Assembly (NCBI GenBank): GCA_030670545.1 | Contig: DAOVBM010000002.1 | Location: 4,258-68,257, forward strand | Length of the DNA stretch: 64,000 nt | Direction: 5' to 3' | DNA from: Candidatus Woesearchaeota archaeon | GTDB lineage: Archaea; Nanobdellota; Nanobdellia; Woesearchaeales; JAGLGH01 | Shown: positions 39,515 through 49,520 of the stretch, one piece after another | How positions within the stretch are numbered: the stretch's first letter is position 1 | How the letters are laid out: each line of letters begins with the position of its first letter | Notes under the pieces: model-generated | Database searches by the model: none | Seen by the model: only the letters and a program-made list of their open reading frames with translations | Told to the model about the DNA's origin: nothing | Translations under genes and position numbers: made by a program

Positions 39515-42478
39515 ATGAAAAAAACAACAACAACAATCATAATAACTTTATTAACAGTTTTAATAACAAGCTCTGTCTCAGCATTAAACATAACGCTTTA
39601 CTACAATGAAACAACTGGGCTGTATGATGAGAGCGGGGATTATACATCATCTGCAGACAATTACGGTGGCTCGCCATTATACGCCTGCGTGATTGAATGG
39701 GAAGAAGATACTCCTTCAGGTACTGATATCACAATGCAGCTGAGGTCTGGCAATGCAGAGCCTTTGTCAGGAGACTTTATAGGGCCTGACGGAACCTCCG
39801 ACACTTATTATCAAACAAGCCCTTCTATCGCAAACTCAACGCATAATTCTAATACCTATATTCAATGGAAATCATTTTTAACTACAACAGATACATCAAT
39901 AACTCCAACATTATACAATGCAACTTATTGGTGTTATTCAACCTGTACTTCAGATTTAAATTGTAATGCAGGCTTATACTGCATCAGTAATGAATGCGTT
40001 CCGAACACTGCTCCTGAGATGGTAGGCATAACAGACAGCCCAGATCCAATCAAAGGCGGGACAAGCATCACAATCACTGCAAATGGAGTCACAGACCTCC
40101 AGGATGATACGCTTTATCTTTACTGTGGAACAACAACTACCCCTGATTCAGGAAATACTATCTGCGCAGGCGGAACAACATCAGATACAGGAGATCCTTA
40201 CAATCTTGACTGTACATTTCCTGTACCAACAGATGACACAACACATACAGTCTATTGCAGGCTTTATGATGGAACTGTCTACAGCGCTGTAAACTCAACA
40301 ACATATACAACAGACAGCACTCCTCCTGCAGCTGTTACAATCACAAGTTTAGATGGTGATATAGCATCACCTTACTGGGATACTTCAGACAATTCACAAA
40401 CAATAATCTACGCAGACAGGCCGGATTCAGGTATGTTATGCAGATGGTCAACAACTGATATACCATATTCCAGTATAAGCAGTTCTAATGATTGTACAAT
40501 GGGAGAGGATAGTACACAATGCAACCTAGGCAGCCTTTCCCAATCAGCCTCTTACACATACCACATATCTTGTTCTGATGCTGTTGGCAATGATCAATCA
40601 ACAGCCCAAAATACAGGTATCACATTCGGAGTTGACTGGACAGAACCCAGCACTTATGTAAGCGGCACAGGAAGCTATTATGTTCCAGGACATGAAGTCA
40701 TATTCCATGAAGAAGATAATATAGGCACACCTGCTACAATCCTTACATGGCATTGTACTTCTGACCTCGGCTGCACTCCTGTAATTGAAATTGACAATCT
40801 TGAGGATGTTACATTCACAGAAAGAGGAACTAATTATTTAAGATGGTACAGTAAAGATGCAGCAGGCAATGACCAGCCAGCACAGGGTGTAACTGTAGAA
40901 ATTAACAGCCTGCCTGTGATAACTGATGATGATATGTTCTCAGGTGTCGAGGGATCAGGTGATTTCACTGGACAAAAAGGCCAGAAAGCGCATTTCTACT
41001 GCAAAGGCACAGATTCAAACGGAGCAGTTGACGGCAATGCAGGATATTCTGCAAAGATATGGTTAAGAGTCTCCGGTTCTGGAACATGGGACAGGGTAAA
41101 TGGCGTTTCAATGACATGGGATTCAGCAAATAACAGATTTTTCTATAATTTAGTTTCACCTATCACTGACAGCTATAATACAAAATGGGATATGATGTGC
41201 GAGATTACTGATGATTTAAATGAAGGGGCAAATCATACAAAGAATAATGTATTTACAGTTGTAAATACCCCTCCAAATGTTGATGAGATATTTGTAGGCT
41301 ATCCAAATGCGCAAAAATTCGATAATCAGCGCTGGAAATGCGCAGTAGTTGATTATGATGACCAGCATTCAGGCAATGCTATGGAAGTAATATTCTCGCT
41401 GGCAGAAAGAGGTTATCTTATTTCGGGTCCCCTGCTTCTTGATAATGTTACAATGACATGGGAAAGCGGGGCTAATTATTATTATGATAGGATTGTGCTG
41501 GAAGATGGAGATACACATTATGATGCACAATGCCTGGCTTACGATGGAGTAGAGTATTCATCAATGCGCACAGAACTTGATGTTCCAGAACATATTGTAA
41601 GCAATGACTGGGACGGCGACGGAGTATCAGATTCAGCAGATAGCCTTGAAGGTACAGGAGCAGACCTTGACACAGCACTGAGTGTTACAATAAAAGTTGA
41701 CGGCATAGTCAACAATAGTCCGAGAGGCTCGCATACAGTTACATTCGAAGATAATGGTGTAGAATTTGTTAGGTTTACAAATGACTTTGATACAAACGAA
41801 CTTTTAACACCATGGATTATAGTTGATAGGATAGCAACAGGCGAAAAAGGAAGTGTGCTTGTTAGTGGACTTGAAGGGATATCAAAGACATTGCGTATTC
41901 CTAAGCTTCTTGGCTCTGGTTTAATATGTCTAAAGAATTCATCAGTAACAAGCATTAGTGAGATAAGCTCTGGGTGTGATGAACCAGACGAGATATTATT
42001 TGCCAACTGCGGTATTGGAGGGGAAACGATTGGAGGAATTACATGTATTGATAAGACCACATATTATGAAGTAAGTGGAGTGACCCATTCTGCAGTAATT
42101 GAATTTGGCAATGCAAGATTAGAGGTATGGTCAGAGGGTACATATTGGCAGCTTGATGATATATTCTTCTATGTCAACTACACAAATTCAAGTTCAGGTG
42201 CAGCAATAACAGGAGCTGATTGCAATATCTGGTTTGATGACACTGGATGGAATGATATGGCCTTTGATGGAACATTGCATAACTATAACCGGACTTTCAA
42301 CAGCGCAGGAGACAGGACATACAATGTAAGCTGTACACATGCAACTTATACAAATCTAACAGTTCAGGACAGCTTTACAATATCTCAAAGCGCTATCCCT
42401 GAGTTTTCAGTATTAACTCTTGGATTAGGGTTGATAGCTGTGTTGATTGGATTGGTAATAATCAGGAAAAGAAGATAG
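39515..42478 (+). CDS. Large PEF-CTERM cell-surface protein
   Basis: Signal peptide, many N-x-S/T sequons. C-terminal module YNRTFNSAGDRTYNVSCTHATYTNLTV...IPEFSVLTLGLGLIAVLIGLVIIRKRR. Confidence 0.75.
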   Translation: MKKTTTTIIITLLTVLITSSVSALNITLYYNETTGLYDESGDYTSSADNYGGSPLYACVIEWEEDTPSGTDITMQLRSGNAEPLSGDFIGPDGTSDTYYQTSPSIANSTHNSNTYIQWKSFLTTTDTSITPTLYNATYWCYSTCTSDLNCNAGLYCISNECVPNTAPEMVGITDSPDPIKGGTSITITANGVTDLQDDTLYLYCGTTTTPDSGNTICAGGTTSDTGDPYNLDCTFPVPTDDTTHTVYCRLYDGTVYSAVNSTTYTTDSTPPAAVTITSLDGDIASPYWDTSDNSQTIIYADRPDSGMLCRWSTTDIPYSSISSSNDCTMGEDSTQCNLGSLSQSASYTYHISCSDAVGNDQSTAQNTGITFGVDWTEPSTYVSGTGSYYVPGHEVIFHEEDNIGTPATILTWHCTSDLGCTPVIEIDNLEDVTFTERGTNYLRWYSKDAAGNDQPAQGVTVEINSLPVITDDDMFSGVEGSGDFTGQKGQKAHFYCKGTDSNGAVDGNAGYSAKIWLRVSGSGTWDRVNGVSMTWDSANNRFFYNLVSPITDSYNTKWDMMCEITDDLNEGANHTKNNVFTVVNTPPNVDEIFVGYPNAQKFDNQRWKCAVVDYDDQHSGNAMEVIFSLAERGYLISGPLLLDNVTMTWESGANYYYDRIVLEDGDTHYDAQCLAYDGVEYSSMRTELDVPEHIVSNDWDGDGVSDSADSLEGTGADLDTALSVTIKVDGIVNNSPRGSHTVTFEDNGVEFVRFTNDFDTNELLTPWIIVDRIATGEKGSVLVSGLEGISKTLRIPKLLGSGLICLKNSSVTSISEISSGCDEPDEILFANCGIGGETIGGITCIDKTTYYEVSGVTHSAVIEFGNARLEVWSEGTYWQLDDIFFYVNYTNSSSGAAITGADCNIWFDDTGWNDMAFDGTLHNYNRTFNSAGDRTYNVSCTHATYTNLTVQDSFTISQSAIPEFSVLTLGLGLIAVLIGLVIIRKRR

Positions 42479-42536
42479 ATTCCTGGTTTAAATATTAAAG
42501 AATAGTTATATAATGCAATAAATTGGTGATGGTTTT

Positions 42537-42875
42537 ATGGAACCAATACAGATAACAGGAATAGATGAGCTAAAGCCCAATGAACTTCCTCTTGCAAACA
42601 AACTTGTGAATGAATATTATGAAAAGATAAAGAGAGAGCTGAACAACATTACAACCCTTGCAGTGCATTTTAAGTGCTATGAGAAGGAGGGCAACAGAAG
42701 AAAATTCGCAATCCACGCAAAAGCCATAGCTCCAACACAGATATTTGCATCCACAAAGGCGCAGGATTGGGACCTTGCAAGGACAATGCATAAATGTTTC
42801 AAAGACCTCGAGAGACAGATAAGGCATAGATTGAAGACTGATGAGCAAAGGCCGAAACCATATATCCATAGATAG
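42537..42875 (+). CDS. Ribosome hibernation factor-like protein (HPF/RaiA, S30AE family fold)
   Basis: IQITGIDELKPNELPLANKLVNEYYEKIKR... and AKAIAPTQIFASTKAQDWDLARTMHKCFKDLERQIRHRLK align with HPF/YfiA ([40 protein letters not shown]). Confidence 0.5.
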   Translation: MEPIQITGIDELKPNELPLANKLVNEYYEKIKRELNNITTLAVHFKCYEKEGNRRKFAIHAKAIAPTQIFASTKAQDWDLARTMHKCFKDLERQIRHRLKTDEQRPKPYIHR

Positions 42876-42895
42876 AATTTTTTCTTAAACAAATC

Positions 42896-43060
42896 GTATG
42901 TAAACAGTCTGCTATTCAAGGAGCACCAGCATCATCCGGTCAAAACTCATTCTATTTTTACCTCCTGCTCGTCGCGAGGGGTCGCTCCATCCGGGAACGC
43001 AGAGCCTTCTAATAACCCATCCCAAGTTTTGAAGATGCTTGTGCTCTATGACCTCTGACT
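42896..43060 (-). repeat. Family-1 hairpin element, copy F (reverse orientation, variant core)
   Basis: Reverse complement carries GGAGCACAAGCATCTTCAAAACTTGGGATGGGTTATTAGAAGGCTCTGCGTTCCCGGATGG... Confidence 0.65.
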
Positions 43061-43115
43061 TTTTACATACAACAAATCAAAACTATTATAAATAATTCTA
43101 TAAATATATCAATGA

Positions 43116-43871
43116 ATGGAAGAGAAGGTATTTATCATTAATAAATCAGGAGAGAAATTAATTGGATTAAAAACCATCCCTTCAAAGAAGAAGATAAAAA
43201 ACAAAACCGCAGTTCTTGTGCATGGATTTGGCTTTTATAAAGAAGAAGATGGTATGTTTGATGATTTAGCAAAAATATTATCTGAACAAGAATATCTTGT
43301 TTATAGATTTGATTTTAGCGGCTGCGGAGAAAGTGAGGGTGATTTTATCAATGCAACTTTAACAAAATTAGTTTCTGATCTCAATGAAATAATCAATTAT
43401 GTAAAATCCGAATCAGATGTAGACGCTTCAAAGATTGTAATAATCAGCCAATCATTTGGAACATGCACAACAATCGCCCTTAATCCAGAGGCAAATTGCA
43501 TGGTTATGCTTGGCTCATTTGCGAATGCAAGAACAGTTTTGGCAGATAATTTTGGTGATGGATTCAATCCTCATGGAATTTCTGAAAAAAGAAGGCGTAA
43601 TGGAGCTTATCTTAGAATTAAAGAAACATTTTGGAATGATTTAAGCGATTATAAGATAGATAAATTGGTTAAAGAAATACATTGTCCTATCTTATTTATC
43701 CATGGGGACAAAGATCCAATTGTTTCTTTATCTGAGATGGAGATCCTTTATTCTAATGCAAATGAGCCAAAAACAAAAGTGATTATCAAGAATGCTGATC
43801 ATGGTATGAGACCAAAGAGAGAAGAGATGTATGATAACGTGATGGAGTGGCTTTCTGCGAATTTAGTATAA
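43116..43871 (+). CDS. Alpha/beta hydrolase fold protein
   Basis: VLVHGFG...nucleophile elbow ISQSFG...D..., HGM triad arrangement. Confidence 0.65.
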   Translation: MEEKVFIINKSGEKLIGLKTIPSKKKIKNKTAVLVHGFGFYKEEDGMFDDLAKILSEQEYLVYRFDFSGCGESEGDFINATLTKLVSDLNEIINYVKSESDVDASKIVIISQSFGTCTTIALNPEANCMVMLGSFANARTVLADNFGDGFNPHGISEKRRRNGAYLRIKETFWNDLSDYKIDKLVKEIHCPILFIHGDKDPIVSLSEMEILYSNANEPKTKVIIKNADHGMRPKREEMYDNVMEWLSANLV

Positions 43872-43972
43872 GCGGCATTCGACTGTTATCACAAGCAGAT
43901 TAATAGGTTTATAGACATTTTTGAGTGTTCATTATCGATATCTTTTTATAATTCAAAACACATACTTTTATT

Positions 43973-45151
43973 ATGGCCAAAAAGACCAAGAAGAATCCTT
44001 TTGCAAAGTCTGCTAAAAAAGAGCGTTTAAAGGATTTTGAGACTAGGAGAGAGAAGTCATCTACTAAAGATAAGATTGCTGAGCTTGAGAAAGAGCTTTC
44101 TACTACAAAATATAACAAAAGGACTCAGGGTTCAATCGGACTTCTCAAAGCAAAGATCGCCATGCTTCGGGAAAAAGAGACTAAGAGAAAAGGAGGCGGA
44201 AAAAAGGCTGAAGGGTATTCTGTAAGGAAGACTGGAGATGGAACTGTAATAATTGTCGGATTTCCCTCAGTCGGAAAGAGTACACTTCTCAATAATCTTA
44301 CAAACGCAGAATCTGAAGTAGCCCATTATGCATTTACTACCCTTTCTGTGATACCAGGTCTGCTTGAGCATAAGTATGCAAAGATACAGATTCTTGATGT
44401 TCCTGGAATTGTCGAGGGAGCAGCAGCCGGCACTGGCAGAGGCAGGGAAGTGCTTTCATGCGCTATGAGCGCAGAAATGGTCATGATGGTCGTTGATGTA
44501 TTCTATCCTGAGCATCTCAAGATACTTAAAAAAGAGGTATATGATACTAATATCAGGCTGAATCAGGAGAAGCCTGATGTCAGGATAATAAGAACTGCAA
44601 AGGGCGGTATAAATATAGGCGCAACAGTAAAGCTTACAAAAATTAGCAATGTAACTATCGCTAGGGTGCTCAGGGAATTCAAGATAGTGAATGCAGATAT
44701 CGTCATAAGAAGCGATATTGATGTTGACCAGCTCATAGACTGCATTGAAAAGAATAAGAAGTACATCCCAGGCATAATAGTGCTGAACAAGGTTGACCTG
44801 TGCTCTAAATATGAGCTTGATAAAGTCAAGAAACTAATCAAGCCTGACCTATGCATTTCAGCTGAGACAGGCTATAACCTTGATAAGCTCAAGGACATCA
44901 TATTTGACAGGATGAATTTTATGAGGGTGTATTGCAAGGAAGTAGGCAAGAAAGCAGACCTTGAAGAGCCACTTATCATTTTCAGAAATGCAACGCTCAA
45001 TGACATGTGCCTGAAATTGCATAAGGATTTTGCTGAAAAGTTCAGGTTTGCAAGAGTCTGGGGCAAGAGCGCAAAATTCGATGGTCAGATGCTGAGGAAA
45101 CTAGGTCATGTGCTTAAAGACGGAGATATTGTTGAATTGCATATCAGCTGA
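43973..45151 (+). CDS. DRG-family (Obg-like) GTPase with C-terminal TGS domain
   Basis: G1 GFPSVGKST, G2 FTT, G3 DVPG, NKVD. N-terminal basic region and TGS-like tail. Confidence 0.8.
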   Translation: MAKKTKKNPFAKSAKKERLKDFETRREKSSTKDKIAELEKELSTTKYNKRTQGSIGLLKAKIAMLREKETKRKGGGKKAEGYSVRKTGDGTVIIVGFPSVGKSTLLNNLTNAESEVAHYAFTTLSVIPGLLEHKYAKIQILDVPGIVEGAAAGTGRGREVLSCAMSAEMVMMVVDVFYPEHLKILKKEVYDTNIRLNQEKPDVRIIRTAKGGINIGATVKLTKISNVTIARVLREFKIVNADIVIRSDIDVDQLIDCIEKNKKYIPGIIVLNKVDLCSKYELDKVKKLIKPDLCISAETGYNLDKLKDIIFDRMNFMRVYCKEVGKKADLEEPLIIFRNATLNDMCLKLHKDFAEKFRFARVWGKSAKFDGQMLRKLGHVLKDGDIVELHIS

Positions 45152-46054
45152 TTACCCAATACTCTCCAAATAATCTTTCTTATATCTATAACCATGCAGC
45201 TTTGCAAGCTTTTTAATTGCCTTATCTATATTTGAGCCGTACTGCGCAGCACTCTTTTTCCTGTAAGCGAATACTTCTGGGATTCCCATATCCAGTGCTG
45301 CCTTTCTTATGGGCAGCTTGTTGTTTGTCTGTGATATCTTCCTGCTTCCAGGTATCTGCATTGCATGGATTATGACATCCCTGTCAAGCAGCGGAACGAG
45401 AAGATTGATTCCAAAATGCTTTGCAACAGCATAATCTCTTACAAAATCCCTTGCATACATTGACTTAAGCCCTTTCCAGCATTCCTTGTTGATGTCTTTT
45501 GCTTCTACATGGCGAAGGTATCCTGCAAATATTTCTTCAGAGCCCAATCCTGAGAACAGATACTTTACATTGTCTTTTTTCGCTCTCTCAAGCGCAGCAT
45601 ACACAACTGCAGCGACACCTACTTTTACAATATCTGTGCCAACAATCTTCACTACTTCCTTTATTATCTTCTCAATCTCTTTCAGGCCAAGCATAATCTC
45701 CTTGCACTCAAGCCCAAACTCTTCAGCAGCTTTTCTGGACCATGCAAGATCAGGGGATTCCCTTATATCTCCACTTTGAAATCCTACTGAATAGCAGACA
45801 GGCTTAACACCAAGCTTTTTGCAGATGACTGCAATAAGAGTAGAATCAACTCCTCCTGAGAACAATACCCCTATTTTCTGTTTCTTCTTCTTTACTTCTT
45901 TTGGTATTCTTTTCTTTACAGCCTCGATTATCTTTTCAAGGAGAATAACTGTACCTGTATCTGTCTTTATATCCTTAAGCCTTGATATATAGCTAATCCA
46001 CTCTTCTTCCTGCACAATCTTACCATTTATTGTTATCTTGGAAAATTCTGTCAT
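45152..46054 (-). CDS. PP-loop ATP pyrophosphatase, asparagine-synthase C-terminal-domain-like
   Basis: SGGVDS PP-loop motif. YLFSGLGSEEIFAGY resembles the AsnB LSGEGSDELFGGY motif. No glutaminase domain. Confidence 0.5.
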   Translation of the reverse strand: MTEFSKITINGKIVQEEEWISYISRLKDIKTDTGTVILLEKIIEAVKKRIPKEVKKKKQKIGVLFSGGVDSTLIAVICKKLGVKPVCYSVGFQSGDIRESPDLAWSRKAAEEFGLECKEIMLGLKEIEKIIKEVVKIVGTDIVKVGVAAVVYAALERAKKDNVKYLFSGLGSEEIFAGYLRHVEAKDINKECWKGLKSMYARDFVRDYAVAKHFGINLLVPLLDRDVIIHAMQIPGSRKISQTNNKLPIRKAALDMGIPEVFAYRKKSAAQYGSNIDKAIKKLAKLHGYRYKKDYLESIG

Positions 46055-46272
46055 ATTTGGATATAGTTCACTGATTATTTTTATATGTTTGTATGCATTA
46101 AGCAGCCAAGCCCACGTAATTCAAATAATTCCTAATTTTTTCTTTTCATTTGCGTATGCCAATGATGCCGTCGCGAGTACAATGGTACTCGCAGGCAAAG
46201 AACTGATAAGAATTGATTTGAAACGCAGAGAAATATTGAACAATTATTTTCATCATAAAAACTTTAAACAAT

Positions 46273-48096
46273 CTAACACTTGATCTTATGATGCACTATA
46301 AAGCATTCTTTTGAATCTACCACCTTTACTTCTGACTCAATCTCTTTTTTTATCTTTTCGCAACTTGTCTTTGGATTGAGCTTCTTGTCATATCCCACAG
46401 AAAGATATTCTATTTTCTCGAATGATTCATGCTCCCTCAGGTTTATCTTTGCCTTGCTGAGAGGTATCATCCTGCTCTGCGTTATGTCGGTTATTATATC
46501 TCCTTTGATCAAATCAAAAAGCAGCTTGAACTCACAGCCTTTATCTTTGCAGGTCAGCATGCATGCAGGGATAAGATATGTAGTTATGCTCTTTACAGGC
46601 TTTTCTGACATAAGCACAAGGTCTTTTATCGACGTCTTTGGCTTTATCACTGGCAGTATATCTTTTGATGCAAACTTCTTTGTCTCCTTCAGCACATCAA
46701 TAGTCTCTTCCTCTTCTCCAAGGATATCAATCGCTTCTCCACCATGCTTTGATCTCTTGGGCCTTATATTCACAAGAAGGGGCATGTCAACAATCCCTGT
46801 GATCATTGCTGTCCCTATAGGCAGGCTCTTGATATTGCTTTCAGACTCTGAAGATATCCCCTCAACTGATGATATGATTGCCTTAAGGTCATTTGGATTT
46901 GTGACTTTCAGGATTATCTGTGTATTGCACTGCGAGAGCACAGATTTCTCGACTCTTGCAGGCCTCTGCGTAATTATGCACATCCCAAGCCCAAACTTGC
47001 GGCCCTCGCTTGCTATTGTCCTGATGATGCTTGCGGATTTTGCATCCCCAAATCCCCTTTCAGGGCAGAAGTTGTGCGCTTCTTCAATGACTGCAAAAAA
47101 AGGCGGTATCCTGCCCCTTTTCCTTTCTTCAAAAAGGTCTTTCATCAGCTTGTAGACAATTATCTGCTGCATCTCAGGCTCTATCCCTCTCATGTTGATT
47201 ATAGAGCAGTTGCCTGGCTGTATCAGTTCATTATATTGCGTATAATCTGAAGAGAACAGCTCAAGCTTGTCAAGATAGTCTATGACATTGATAAGGTTCC
47301 ACTTTGCATTATTCTCCTCGGTTTCAAGCTCAAGCAGCAGCCCTGTGATTGTCACAGGATTAAGGTTCTTGAGCGCAGAATACAGCACAGCCATCTGGTT
47401 TGATGTCAGCTTGCCAGGCATGAGGTGGATAAGCTCCTGGCTTGTCATCTGATCATTTAGCTTCAGCGGAATTGATTCATTGTTTATGTTTATATCTCCA
47501 TATTCCCTAATCTGTCCTGCATAGCTCTTGGCTGTTATGCCAAACTTTTCCATCCTCTCTATGTCTTTCTTATTGTCATTCTTCTGTTTTAATGCAGAGT
47601 ACTCTCCATGGGGGTCTATTATAAGCAGAGGAACTTTCTTCTCGAGAATCTCTTCTATCAGCACTGAGGCCATGTATGATTTTCCTGCTCCAGTTTTTGC
47701 GATTATTGATACATGCTTTGTGAGAAGCTTTTTCAGGTCAAGCCTTATCATTATGTCCTTAGAGTCAAGTTTTCCTATATAAGCTCCATTCCTGTTTGTT
47801 TCAAGAGCAAGCACACCTTTTATTAGTTTGTCTTCAGCTTTCAGTACTTCTGAACCAGAAGCAAAAGGAATTCTCATCTGCCTTACTTTCTTATCTTTGT
47901 CAACATAGCCTATCACATTGCAGAGAGCTATAGTTTGGTTCTTATCAGAAATAAGCTCTATTATCTGACCAAGCACAAACTCATAATTCTTATGATACAC
48001 CTGCACATAATCAAACTTTCTTGCATCATGGTCTACTGCAAACCTGAAACTGGTTGTTGTAATCCTTCCTGTAATCTTGCCAAAAATCATAGACAT
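46273..48096 (-). CDS. HerA/FtsK-superfamily ATPase (DUF87-type) with extra Cys-containing C-terminal domain
   Basis: N-terminal barrel, Walker A IIAKTGAGKSY, DPHGEY, Walker B LLIIDEAH-like block (FFAVIEEAHNF). No NurA/Mre11/Rad50 neighbours. Confidence 0.65.
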   Translation of the reverse strand: MSMIFGKITGRITTTSFRFAVDHDARKFDYVQVYHKNYEFVLGQIIELISDKNQTIALCNVIGYVDKDKKVRQMRIPFASGSEVLKAEDKLIKGVLALETNRNGAYIGKLDSKDIMIRLDLKKLLTKHVSIIAKTGAGKSYMASVLIEEILEKKVPLLIIDPHGEYSALKQKNDNKKDIERMEKFGITAKSYAGQIREYGDININNESIPLKLNDQMTSQELIHLMPGKLTSNQMAVLYSALKNLNPVTITGLLLELETEENNAKWNLINVIDYLDKLELFSSDYTQYNELIQPGNCSIINMRGIEPEMQQIIVYKLMKDLFEERKRGRIPPFFAVIEEAHNFCPERGFGDAKSASIIRTIASEGRKFGLGMCIITQRPARVEKSVLSQCNTQIILKVTNPNDLKAIISSVEGISSESESNIKSLPIGTAMITGIVDMPLLVNIRPKRSKHGGEAIDILGEEEETIDVLKETKKFASKDILPVIKPKTSIKDLVLMSEKPVKSITTYLIPACMLTCKDKGCEFKLLFDLIKGDIITDITQSRMIPLSKAKINLREHESFEKIEYLSVGYDKKLNPKTSCEKIKKEIESEVKVVDSKECFIVHHKIKC

Positions 48097-48139
48097 AAGA
48101 AAGTGTTGAATGTTTATATAAGTTGCTGTTTATGGTATG

Positions 48140-48235
48140 TAATAATCATATGTAAAAGAGCAGTAGCATCTTCAAAACTTAAGATAGGTTATTCGAGGGC
48201 TCTGCGTTCCCGGATGGGACAACCCATGTCATTAA
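48140..48235 (+). repeat. Family-1 hairpin element, truncated copy G (5' half only)
   Basis: Matches the family from GTAATAATCA...GGGACAACCC, then diverges. Confidence 0.55.
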
Positions 48236-48375
48236 GTTAAGGTATTTTATTCAAGATTTTCTTAGGATTCAAATCCATCCTAATCTAATTCTTTGCCTGC
48301 TTCCACCATTGTTCCAGCGACGGCCATTAGCATTCGCAAAGGAAAAGAAAAGAATTAGGAAAGATTTGGAGAGGC

Positions 48376-48528
48376 TACACGAAAAAAAGCAGAAAGTATT
48401 GTCCTTTAGGACGAGGATGGATGCTATTGCATTTTTGCTTTATGCTTTTTTTGTGTCCTAGAAATCCGTCTCGAAAATTCGGCGCAAGCCAAGTCCTTTA
48501 GGGCTTGGTAAGTCGGATTTTAGGATTT
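48376..48528 (+). repeat. Family-3 repeat, copy 1 (direct repeat flanking the 48551-49420 gene)
   Basis: ~80% identical to 49694-49851. Internal hairpins GTCCtttaGGAC and CCAAGTCCtttaGGGCTTGG. Confidence 0.6.
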
Positions 48529-48550
48529 CCATGACATCTTAAAGACTCAT

Positions 48551-49420
48551 CTATTGCTGATTTACATATTCAAAATAGCCGTACTTAAGCTTATTCTGCA
48601 TCTTTTCAAAATCTTTATCAGACATCAGGCCGCCTTCTCCTGAAAATCCTCCCTGATGTTCTTTAAAATCTTTTGCCAGGATTACCATATCACCTGCCAT
48701 TTGTGTCAGGCCTGTTATATACTTAACCTGCCTTGGATCTTTTGCGCCAGGATAGGCAAGAATTTCCTTAAATGTATCCACAATTATTTTATATCTGGAT
48801 AAGTGTGTATTTGCCATGCTGTTTATGATTTTTGTGTCGCTGGGCCCAAATTTCCCGCCTTTACCTGTTAATTTGTATCCTGTTTCTGCAAGAACCTCAA
48901 TCCCTTCTTTGAGATGGCCTGCTGTTTTTGTGAGCTTTAAGAGAGAGTGAATTTGATAATCATCTTTTGCTATTACATCTATCCCTGGATAAGAAGGAAA
49001 ATTCTTTGTTATTTCTTCAACTATACATTTGTACCTTGTTTCGTTAATATTCTCCATATTTTTTATCAAATCGCATAAATTATGGAATTCATTCCCAGTA
49101 ATATCTCTAAATTTCCCTTTTTTTCTATATCCTGTCCCTAATATATTTATTGCCCCTGTTATATAATCCTTCTCAGTGTTGAGATAATCCAGCCATAATT
49201 TGTGTTCTGGTTTGTTTAAAGATACAGATAATTCCAGATTGTCTTCAAGATTTTTTATAATCTTGTTTATTCTGGATTCTTTGTAATTATGTTCCAGCTG
49301 GGTTATTGTGGGTTTAGGCTGCCTCTCCATCAATATGTTATTTCCTGCAGCAGAGTCCTCACTATATAGAAGAATGGTTCCAACTACGCAAATCATTGCG
49401 ATTCCTTGTTTTATTTTCAT
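48551..49420 (-). CDS. Secreted hypothetical protein (signal peptide) bracketed by family-3 direct repeats
   Basis: N-terminal hydrophobic segment. No recognisable domain. Confidence 0.45.
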   Translation of the reverse strand: MKIKQGIAMICVVGTILLYSEDSAAGNNILMERQPKPTITQLEHNYKESRINKIIKNLEDNLELSVSLNKPEHKLWLDYLNTEKDYITGAINILGTGYRKKGKFRDITGNEFHNLCDLIKNMENINETRYKCIVEEITKNFPSYPGIDVIAKDDYQIHSLLKLTKTAGHLKEGIEVLAETGYKLTGKGGKFGPSDTKIINSMANTHLSRYKIIVDTFKEILAYPGAKDPRQVKYITGLTQMAGDMVILAKDFKEHQGGFSGEGGLMSDKDFEKMQNKLKYGYFEYVNQQ

Positions 49421-49520
49421 TTTTATACTAAAAAGTAGGCATCCTTTATAAACTTTACTATATATTTATCACTATTTAGTGACCACTTGATTGTAACCTG
49501 GTTTTGGGATTTGAGGGATC

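Noticed and set aside
26225-48235. Whether the recurring ~170-bp elements could be a CRISPR array
   Set aside because: The copies are long (170-390 bp), dispersed over 22 kb between genes, internally palindromic as a whole, and not separated by regular unique spacers. No cas genes are present.
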